Virus record (IMG/VR): IMGVR_UViG_3300031730_000003
Span: 3,108-67,107 of that record
From: a virus
Length of the DNA: 64,000 bases
Direction: 5' to 3' (one strand)
Part shown: piece after piece, positions 57,028 through 64,000 of the stretch
Numbering within the stretch: the stretch's first letter is position 1
Layout: each line of letters starts with the position of its first letter
Position numbers and translations under genes: made by a program
Notes under the pieces: model-generated
What the model was told of the DNA's origin: nothing
Seen by the model: only the letters and a program-made list of their open reading frames with translations
Databases searched by the model: none

Positions 57028-57407
57028 CGGTCGTCATCCCGGAGTTCGACGTTATAGGCGCCCATGACCAAGCCGAGACCGTCGCCCGTGATGGTGATCC
57101 AGCGCAACTCGCGGGTATCGGTGATGGACCTCCGGGGGCGCAGGCAATATCGGGTGACCTTGACCACGTTTTGGCCAGGCCGCACCTCATCCAGCCGCCG
57201 GCCTGCCCGCGCCCCTGAGTCAGTCGGGATCGCCTCGTAGAACGCCGAGGACTGGACGTAGGGCACGTATGGCGTCGGCAGGAAGACGCGCTCCACCGTG
57301 GTCACGTAGCCCGTGCCACCGATCGCCAGCGCCGAGCCCGCGAACATGGCGATCCGGCGCACCAGCGGGCTCAAAAAAGGGGGCTTGGCGGTCGCTACGG
57401 AGGGCAT
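57021..57407 (-). CDS. Single-TM membrane protein in the lysis cassette
   Basis: N-terminal TM IAMFAGSALAIGGTGYV; overlaps the EBD gene by 7 nt. Confidence 0.6.
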   Translation of the reverse strand: MPSVATAKPPFLSPLVRRIAMFAGSALAIGGTGYVTTVERVFLPTPYVPYVQSSAFYEAIPTDSGARAGRRLDEVRPGQNVVKVTRYCLRPRRSITDTRELRWITITGDGLGLVMGAYNVELRDDDRC

Positions 57408-57434
57408 GGGGAAGGGTAGGGCGGCGCCGACATG

Positions 57435-57965
57435 CTAGACGAACAACCCTTGCGCCTGCCAGTACATGGACAGGAACCCCTCCAGCGCCTCCGCATCCGG
57501 TTCCGCGGCAGCCGAACCCCGCACCCACTCCTTTTGGTAGGCGCGGGCCAGGTCGGTTGGGGTGCGGATGGTCATCGTCACCACCAGATGCGTCGTGCCG
57601 CCAACGAACAGCCCGCGCGACTGCACGCGGTTGCAGAGGAACGCGAGGCAGTCACCAGCGTCCGCGAACGCCACGAACCGCCGCGTCTTCCCCGTGCCGT
57701 TCTCCGGCAGCACGACGGTCCCGGCGAACAGGTGTGTCAGTTCAGGCGGCCAGCGCGAGCCATCGGCCTGCACCCCGGCATAGTTGTTGTTGACGCCGGA
57801 GCGCCCGTTGCTGCTCTCGTTCCTGAAGATGATGTAGGCGGTGCGCTGAACCTCTGCCAGAGCGTCCACCGCCCGCAGCGCGTCGATCGCGTCGGGCATG
57901 GCGACGGTGGTGCGGGCAAACAGTACCTCCGGCAATTCAGGGTAGGCGTTCGGAACGGCCGACAC
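57435..57965 (-). CDS. Putative endolysin (lysozyme-like, GH73-related)
   Basis: IFRNESSNG...NNNYAGVQA...RRFVAF; lies in the lysis cassette. Confidence 0.6.
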   Translation of the reverse strand: MSAVPNAYPELPEVLFARTTVAMPDAIDALRAVDALAEVQRTAYIIFRNESSNGRSGVNNNYAGVQADGSRWPPELTHLFAGTVVLPENGTGKTRRFVAFADAGDCLAFLCNRVQSRGLFVGGTTHLVVTMTIRTPTDLARAYQKEWVRGSAAAEPDAEALEGFLSMYWQAQGLFV

Positions 57966-57985
57966 CGCAGCGGGCGCCGGCCGGG

Positions 57986-58174
57986 CTATTCCCCCGAGGC
58001 TGGCGTCGCCTCCTGGAGTTTGGCGTGGGCGGCATCGAGCGCGGTGTCGATGGCGGCCGTCTGCTCGGGGGTGGCGCCGCCTTTGAGCGCCGCAATCTCG
58101 GTGCTGGCGAGGGTGATCAGTTGCGGGGCCTCCTGAAGGGCGAGCATCAGGAGTTGGAGGGTGATGGGGTCCAT
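57986..58174 (-). CDS. Small lysis-cassette protein
   Basis: TAGGA RBS; amphipathic, 62 aa. Confidence 0.6.
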   Translation of the reverse strand: MDPITLQLLMLALQEAPQLITLASTEIAALKGGATPEQTAAIDTALDAAHAKLQEATPASGE

Positions 58175-58184
58175 GGGTTGGGTC

Positions 58185-58424
58185 CTACGACGGAATGTAT
58201 GAGGGGCTGGCAGGAAGCCGGGATTCGATCGCTTCAAGCCGATCAAGAATCTGCTTCAGCAGCACGTCTTTGGCTGGATCGACGCAATCACGCTGACCGG
58301 TTTTACGGTCGAACTCCTGTGCCTTTCGGTACCAATCCACGAACGGCCGCAAATCCTGTGCCGGCCACTGTGGCACAGGGCCGAGCCGCATAGCGTAGTC
58401 GGATACAACGCTACTCGCGCACAT
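58185..58424 (-). CDS. Hypothetical protein
   Basis: AGGAGG RBS; MCASSVVSDY...A.EFD..TGQ.DC.DP.K. Confidence 0.65.
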   Translation of the reverse strand: MCASSVVSDYAMRLGPVPQWPAQDLRPFVDWYRKAQEFDRKTGQRDCVDPAKDVLLKQILDRLEAIESRLPASPSYIPS

Positions 58425-58433
58425 TGCGGCCTC

Positions 58434-58739
58434 CTACTTCTTCACCGGGATCAGCGTCACCAGCCGCGCCACCAGCGCCGACGCATCGGCAGCCGAGAGC
58501 TTGCCATCGGACATGGATTTCACGCCGTCGTAGGCGACCTGGTCGGCCGTCTTGATCTGCGCCGACACCGACGCGTCGCTGCACAGGCGCCCCGTAGGCT
58601 GCGGGCACAGCGGCAGTTGCACATAGATGGTCGCCGCCGTCTCGGCAGCCGTCAGGGCAACCTTGGTGGCGTTGACGGCGGTGGGGTCGGCACCGCACGC
58701 AGCGAGCAGCAGCGCGCCGGCGAGGAGGAGGGGTTTCAT
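58434..58739 (-). CDS. Lipoprotein (spanin candidate)
   Basis: Lipobox MKPLLLAGALLLAA-C. Confidence 0.7.
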   Translation of the reverse strand: MKPLLLAGALLLAACGADPTAVNATKVALTAAETAATIYVQLPLCPQPTGRLCSDASVSAQIKTADQVAYDGVKSMSDGKLSAADASALVARLVTLIPVKK

Positions 58740-59122
58740 GGGGTGGGTCCTTGGGTTGTGGAGGTCGGCAAGATCGAGGCGATCGGCGCCTTGGTCACAT
58801 AGCGCATGACATACGACCCGGCCCATGCCCCGACGAGCCCGGCGATGCCCGCCACGAGGTTGATCGTGTCGGGGGTCAGGCAGTTCGCCGCCACGACAGT
58901 CACCGAGCATGCGAGCCCGTACTTTGTGGCCAGCAGCCCGATCAGGCCAGCGAGCGCGGTGCCCCACGGCGTCTTGCTGTAGGCGAGAGGTTTCCCGATC
59001 AGTTGCTCGGCCAGAGCAGGATCGACCGCCTTCAGGCCCGTGATGAGGCTCTGAGCGTCCTGGGCGACTGCGATGGCTGCGGTGGCGGCAGGTGTCGTCA
59101 GGTTGGCTGGGGTGTCGGTCAT
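58736..59122 (-). CDS. Holin candidate (2 TM)
   Basis: SKTPWGTALAGLIGLLA...LVAGIAGLVGAWAG...R.VT..PI. Confidence 0.6.
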   Translation of the reverse strand: MTDTPANLTTPAATAAIAVAQDAQSLITGLKAVDPALAEQLIGKPLAYSKTPWGTALAGLIGLLATKYGLACSVTVVAANCLTPDTINLVAGIAGLVGAWAGSYVMRYVTKAPIASILPTSTTQGPTP

Positions 59123-59138
59123 GGCGGCTCCTACGGGC

Positions 59139-59327
59139 TCACAGAAGGGCGCACAGGGCAGGGGCGCCATACCAGGCCGCTACCCACCCGACTGCCGCCA
59201 GAGCCAGCCCTACGAGGCTCCAGCGGTTCGGACGCCACATCAGCGGCGGCTCATCCAGGCCGATACCATCGCGCTCCGCGAAGCCAGCCATCTCCTCCGC
59301 GGCGTAGACTGGAATCGGCTCGGCCAT
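59139..59327 (-). CDS. Small membrane protein
   Basis: GAGG RBS; C-terminal TM. Confidence 0.5.
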   Translation of the reverse strand: MAEPIPVYAAEEMAGFAERDGIGLDEPPLMWRPNRWSLVGLALAAVGWVAAWYGAPALCALL

Positions 59328-59335
59328 TTCGTGCC

Positions 59336-59731
59336 TCACTTTCCAAGCAGCCTGATGACTGTCCACTTGAGCGCGTCTGGCACGAAAGGTGCAAGCACAG
59401 ACCACGCCGTGATGCCCAGGATCGCCAGCACGCTCGCCCATTTGGTCGCGCCGGCGTGCCAGGCCGAGAACTCCTGCACCGGGCTCTTGAGGCTTTCCAC
59501 GGTCCGGCGCAGTTCGGACAGCCCCGTCTCCAGGCGCTCGCGTTGCATATCCGATGCGTCCGCTCGCGCGCTGAGACGACGATCCATGTTTTCGAGGGTG
59601 TCCCGGAGGTCCCGCACGTCCTCGTCCCGCTGCTTGGCGCTCACTATCAGCGCCTCCATGGAGCCTACCAGCCGACCGACGTCCTGCCGGAGCGCCCCAA
59701 GCTGGGCGAGAGTTTCTCTGGCCTCGCTCAT
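59336..59731 (-). CDS. Coiled-coil protein with C-terminal TM (lysis-associated)
   Basis: Heptad repeats followed by WASVLAILGITAWSVL. Confidence 0.7.
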   Translation of the reverse strand: MSEARETLAQLGALRQDVGRLVGSMEALIVSAKQRDEDVRDLRDTLENMDRRLSARADASDMQRERLETGLSELRRTVESLKSPVQEFSAWHAGATKWASVLAILGITAWSVLAPFVPDALKWTVIRLLGK

Positions 59732-59851
59732 GATAGCGTCCTCACGATGAAGTTACTCGTCAATTATTCTGAGCGCCTTGAGTAACGCTCCATGACCCAG
59801 GCCGGGGACGCTCCAACGAATCCGCTCAGCCGCCTCAAGGCTTCAGGCACG

Positions 59852-62113
59852 TCACGGTCCGCACTGCCAGTACATCGTGGCCCCCGCCATATCGGCTGAG
59901 AACGCCGCCACCAGCGTTGTCGTGCTGGTCGATGTGACCGCCGCCGTGATGGCCGAACTGCTGATGTTGATCGTGCAGAACGGCGCATAGGACAGCGTCG
60001 CCGGGAAGGTCACGGTGCAGCCTGTCGCCACGGTCGGAATGACGACGCTGCCGCGCTGCCAGGAGGCGTTGGTGGCCACGGTGGGCGAGCCCGATCCGCA
60101 AGATGTGACGGTAGGCGCCCGCGTCGTCGGGATTTTGTCCCAGGCGTTCACCCCCTGCATCAGCAGGCCGGCGCTGGTCGAGCTATCCGTGAGCGAGGCG
60201 GCCCCGACTGTCGAAACGCTGCCATTGCCAGAGACATTGTGCCGCCCGGCAGAGCCCGCAATGTTCATGGCGAAGGAGCACGTCTTGAGCGTGTTGCCCG
60301 TGATATCGGCGATGTAGCTGGCCGCGCCGGTCGAGTTGATGCCGTAGATGGTGCTGGTCGTCGTGCGGTTGCAGGCGATGGTATTGCCGGAGATCGTCGC
60401 GAGCCCGGCCCCACCAGCCCCGACATTTACCCCGGTATAGGTGCCGACCGTGGACGACTTGCCGTAGTTCAGGATTTCGTTGCCGGTCACCGTCAGCGTG
60501 GTAATGCCGGTTCCTGTGATCGACACCACCGAACCCAGCGCGAAGCTGACCTTGGTGCCCGTGATCAGCAAGGACGAGGTGGCGGCCTGGGTGGCGAGAT
60601 TGAAGACCGCCCTGGTGAGGGACGTATCGAAATTGTTCGTGCTGTAGATCTCGCCGCCGGTCCATGCCGTGGTGACGATGGAGGCCGTCGATCCTTCGAC
60701 AGACAGCGGGGTCAACGTCTGATCGAAATTCACTCCGGTGATCGTCGAGACATTGATGGTCCCGCTGAGCACGCGAAGGCCATAGGCCATTCCGTTGACG
60801 CCCATGCCGACCAGCGTAATGCCGTCCATCGTGGTCTTCGTGCCGGCCGCGATGTCGATGTGGATGAACTCGCCCGATGTCGCTGTATAGCGCGCCAAGT
60901 TCGCCGGCCCCGCTACAGCGCCGCCGTCGAACCCGCCCGGGCCAAAGTAGTTGCGCGGCCCGACCATGAAAAAGTCGGCCTGCCCGTTGGCGAAGCTGAA
61001 GCACTTGTCCACGCAATAAGCATCGATGTTGTCGAAAAAGACGCGGCCCCAGCCGTTGCCGGCCCCCGTCAGGACGTTCCAGCCATTCCAGGCATTGGCA
61101 ATCCTGAAGTTCTGGAAGCTGTCGTTGACGAATTGCGCGCTCTCGAACAGGGCCGGAAAGGTGATCGGCGTGACGGTGCTGTTATCCTGCTCGGGATAGT
61201 AGACATTCAGCCCGTCCCAACTCACGCCTGACATGCCGTTGAAGGTGGCCGAGGTCTTGTTGGAGATCACCAACCATGAGCCATTGCCGACGAAGGGGTA
61301 GTTGAAGCCAGTTTTGCCGGTGCCCTCGATGGCGATGCTGTTCAGGGCAATCGCCGTCGTGGCGCTCGCCAGCCAATAGCCGCCGGCCGGGAAGATCAAC
61401 TTCTTGCCCGCAGCCCCCGTCACCGCTGCCGTGATCGCTGCCGTGTCGTCCGTCCCGTAGAGGAAGCGCCCGGCCGCCTGATACCCTACCGTGGTGAAAG
61501 TCGCGCCCGTGCCACCGCCGCCCGTCGTGGCGGAACCCGAAGGCGGAACAACGGTGCACACGCCCGCCGTCACCATCGACAGCACGGCTGTGACCACGTT
61601 GCCCGCCACAGTCACGCTGATCTGCGGCTGTGTCGTGCACGTGCCTCCGGTGATGGTGAGGGTCTGCGTGCCGTTGGTGTAGCCAGATCCAGCCGCCAAC
61701 ACGGTGGGGCAAGATGCCGGCGAACAGTAGATGCCGGACTGCGGCGTCGCTACCGAAGCCGCCTGCGACAGGGTCACGCTGGTGGCGCTGATATAGGCGG
61801 AGATGGTGCCGAACTGCGGGATATTCGCCGCACCGGAGCCTTGCAGGTAGTAGGATTTCCCAACGTCCGCCGCGGTGAATGAGGCTGCGGCGCAGGTGAG
61901 CGTCGTGCCGGCGGCGGATATCGAGCAGGACGAAACGCCGGTTGTGTCGCCTTTTGCCAAATATGGATAGGCTTTGACGTTGATCGTGCCGGCAGCATTG
62001 AATGCCGGAGGATTGCCCTCCACTACGAGGCCGCCGCCTAAATAGGTGCTGCTCCATGCCGGTGACGCTAGGAATATCAGCGCCGCGACGAGCCAGCCTA
62101 AACGGTTGCGCAT
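59852..62113 (-). CDS. Tail-spike-like beta-helix protein with N-terminal signal peptide
   Basis: INVKAYPYLAKGD...TDDTAAITAA....LIFPAGGY (pectate-lyase-3-like start) with right-handed beta-helix repeats; N-terminus MRNRLGWLVAALIFLASPAWS. Confidence 0.8.
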   Translation of the reverse strand: MRNRLGWLVAALIFLASPAWSSTYLGGGLVVEGNPPAFNAAGTINVKAYPYLAKGDTTGVSSCSISAAGTTLTCAAASFTAADVGKSYYLQGSGAANIPQFGTISAYISATSVTLSQAASVATPQSGIYCSPASCPTVLAAGSGYTNGTQTLTITGGTCTTQPQISVTVAGNVVTAVLSMVTAGVCTVVPPSGSATTGGGGTGATFTTVGYQAAGRFLYGTDDTAAITAAVTGAAGKKLIFPAGGYWLASATTAIALNSIAIEGTGKTGFNYPFVGNGSWLVISNKTSATFNGMSGVSWDGLNVYYPEQDNSTVTPITFPALFESAQFVNDSFQNFRIANAWNGWNVLTGAGNGWGRVFFDNIDAYCVDKCFSFANGQADFFMVGPRNYFGPGGFDGGAVAGPANLARYTATSGEFIHIDIAAGTKTTMDGITLVGMGVNGMAYGLRVLSGTINVSTITGVNFDQTLTPLSVEGSTASIVTTAWTGGEIYSTNNFDTSLTRAVFNLATQAATSSLLITGTKVSFALGSVVSITGTGITTLTVTGNEILNYGKSSTVGTYTGVNVGAGGAGLATISGNTIACNRTTTSTIYGINSTGAASYIADITGNTLKTCSFAMNIAGSAGRHNVSGNGSVSTVGAASLTDSSTSAGLLMQGVNAWDKIPTTRAPTVTSCGSGSPTVATNASWQRGSVVIPTVATGCTVTFPATLSYAPFCTINISSSAITAAVTSTSTTTLVAAFSADMAGATMYWQCGP

Positions 62114-62739
62114 CACCGGAATCCCACACCCGCGTTCAGTGGCAGTGTTTCCGTGAGTGTCACGAAGCTATCTCCTGTCGCGCCGGAATTGGCCCGGTTG
62201 TAGGTGAAAGAGCAGGTGAATCCCCCACCCATTGTTCCGATATTGGTGATGAAGGGTTCGATCACGAGCCGATCTCCTTTCACGAACGCAGTGCTCGTCG
62301 GCGCTCCCGTGTAGTTCTGCGCCACCGCCCCTGTGGTCATTTCGGTTCCCTTATCCAGCGTGGCGAACAGGGTCTTGGTCCCGTCGGCCTGAAGCCTGGA
62401 CAGCTTGACTCGAAGCCCAGCGTTGGCGCTTGCAGAGCTTTCCGCAGTCCAGATGTTGATCGTGACGGTACCGGCGATTGTGATAGCCCCCGTGAAGGGG
62501 CGAGAGGCGAAGGAAATCGTCGCGCCGCCGGCGGTCGTGGTCCACTGGATATCTGTGCCGCTGCCGGCGGTGTTCACCGTGGCGGTGAGGATCGAGCCAG
62601 CTACCTTGTAGCGCCCGGCGAGATTGTATCCAGTGAAGCCGGCCCCGGTGTCCTGAAGGAACAGCGTCGTTTGCGCGGCCGCGGGGCCGCAGAACCCAAA
62701 GAGAAGCCCGGCAACCAGCAAGAGCACGGCGCGGATCAT
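62113..62739 (-). CDS. Beta-sandwich protein with signal peptide
   Basis: MIRAVLLLVAGLLFGFCGPAAA-Q; Thr-rich. Confidence 0.7.
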   Translation of the reverse strand: MIRAVLLLVAGLLFGFCGPAAAQTTLFLQDTGAGFTGYNLAGRYKVAGSILTATVNTAGSGTDIQWTTTAGGATISFASRPFTGAITIAGTVTINIWTAESSASANAGLRVKLSRLQADGTKTLFATLDKGTEMTTGAVAQNYTGAPTSTAFVKGDRLVIEPFITNIGTMGGGFTCSFTYNRANSGATGDSFVTLTETLPLNAGVGFR

Positions 62740-62741
62740 GC

Positions 62742-63665
62742 TCAGTTGACCTTCGCGCTCAACGCCAGTTCGAGCACCGTTCCTGACACCGCCGTGATCT
62801 TCAGCCACACCCATTGCCCTGAAGCTGGCGAGGCGGCGTTGAAGGATGTCGTAGCCTGCGCGGTCGTCGTGCCGGTCGTCGTGGTGCCGCCAGTGACAAC
62901 CTCCGTGCCTGCGGCCGAGCGATCAGCGTTGAACCTGATGGTCCAGGTGACGGAAGGCGATGAGCTTCCGCGCAGCACCGCGTCGAGTTCGGTGAAGGTC
63001 GTGGTCGCCGCGGTGTAGAACAGGGTGTACTCGTCGTTGACCGCAGGGTTCTGGACGCTGATGCCTTTCGGCACCGGTTGCGCCCAGGTTGCATCGCCCC
63101 GCCACACGGTGGCCTGCGAAGCGCTCGTGCCGCTGTTCAGGTTCCCAACGGGAAGGTTGCCGGTGACGTCAGCGGTGAGAGAAACCGCCGCGAAGGTCGG
63201 ATCGCCCGCCGCCGCGCCGTGCAGCACCGTCGTTGACGTGCCAAGGCTGCCCATGGGCACTGGCGTGGCGGCTGCCCCGCGCCCAAGCATCAAGGCGTGA
63301 TTGGTCATCAGCACAGACGAGGCAAGAGTGCCCGTGGCCGTGTAGCCGGGAATGCCTCCGCTCGTGCCAGCGGTCAGGCCGGTGCCTCCCACAGCCACGC
63401 CAAGGGTGGAGCAGCCCGCAGCAACCCCGGCGGCGCCTGTGCCGCAATACGGCACCGTGGAGGCCACCGACGGGAGCGCGGTCTGCACCCCGGCCGTGCT
63501 GGCGAGGGTGGTAACTCCTGTCGGAAACGTGGGTGTGCTGTCCGCTGTGATCGTGAGCGCCAGCTTGCCGGGGCCGACGAGCGTGACAGCGCCGCCGAGG
63601 AATGTCGTAGCAGTCGCACCCCCGACAAGGAGCGCCGCTGCGGCTAGCCAGCCGATACGGCGCAT
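62742..63665 (-). CDS. Fibre-like protein with signal peptide
   Basis: [19 protein letters not shown]; fibre repeats [41 protein letters not shown]. Confidence 0.75.
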   Translation of the reverse strand: MRRIGWLAAAALLVGGATATTFLGGAVTLVGPGKLALTITADSTPTFPTGVTTLASTAGVQTALPSVASTVPYCGTGAAGVAAGCSTLGVAVGGTGLTAGTSGGIPGYTATGTLASSVLMTNHALMLGRGAAATPVPMGSLGTSTTVLHGAAAGDPTFAAVSLTADVTGNLPVGNLNSGTSASQATVWRGDATWAQPVPKGISVQNPAVNDEYTLFYTAATTTFTELDAVLRGSSSPSVTWTIRFNADRSAAGTEVVTGGTTTTGTTTAQATTSFNAASPASGQWVWLKITAVSGTVLELALSAKVN

Positions 63666-64000
63666 CACCGACGCACCCCATTGATGGCCTTGGCGAAGAG
63701 GTGGACCATGCTCTGCTGAAACTCGTTATCCGGGTAATCGGAACGATTGTGCACGCCGTCCCAAGAAGCTGCCGTGACGCACATCCGAACCGGTGCTGCA
63801 TAGGTTCCATTGTCGATTTGCGTATTGGAGGCCGTGTCGGCAACGGAGTCCGCGAGGCCGGCAGCGCCGCCAAGTCCCGTTGTGGAGTTCCAACCTGTCC
63901 GAATCCAGTCGTTGAAACCCTGGTTAACCGTAGCCCTTCCGTCGTTCTGCCACCCGCAAAGGGTCGTCCTCGTGGCCATCACAATCCTAACATTTGAACC
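63665..64000 (-). CDS. C-terminal part of an SGNH-hydrolase-like protein (start beyond the window)
   Basis: FNDWIR...D.A.....WDGVH, resembling the SGNH block V motif; GTGA overlap with the next gene. Confidence 0.5.
   Translation of the reverse strand, partial: GSNVRIVMATRTTLCGWQNDGRATVNQGFNDWIRTGWNSTTGLGGAAGLADSVADTASNTQIDNGTYAAPVRMCVTAASWDGVHNRSDYPDNEFQQSMVHLFAKAINGVRR

Noticed and set aside
59752-59786. GTTACTC...GAGTAAC inverted repeat before the lysis cassette
   Set aside because: Only 7-bp arms with a long spacer and ambiguous promoter elements; too weak to call.
1-64000. Integrase/att sites, IS elements, DGR or retron reverse transcriptase, rRNA/tRNA
   Set aside because: No tyrosine or serine recombinase, transposase, RT (YxDD) or structural RNA signatures recognised.

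Overview
The whole window reads as most of a GC-rich tailed-phage genome with a podovirus-like gene set. The host is probably an alphaproteobacterium, judging from GcrA-like and GapR-like genes and a suhB-like sRNA. No host genes, integrase or CI repressor are visible. From left to right: (1) a minus-strand virion module (1-28887) with a large polyvalent ejection protein missing from the ORF track, other ejection proteins, tail hub and adaptors, major capsid, scaffold, a GroES-like protein, portal and TerL; (2) a ~6 kb accessory island between TerL and TerS containing Tad1, a mini-GcrA, an Ntn/HslV-like peptidase and an sRNA; (3) two divergent arrays of small early genes around a symmetric promoter pair at ~38.75 kb; (4) a leftward Cro/GapR/RuvC/initiator/primase-helicase operon; (5) a rightward ERF/YqaJ recombination operon with many small genes; (6) a minus-strand tail-spike and lysis module running off the right edge. 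The most unusual items are a stand-alone ETR1-type ethylene-binding domain as the last gene of the lysis cassette, three consecutive fibre or beta-helix proteins with Sec-type signal peptides, a Tad1 gene with an in-frame TGA before its conserved C-terminal tail, and two apparent non-canonical start codons (ATC, CTG). Family assignments come from motif recognition by eye, with no database search.
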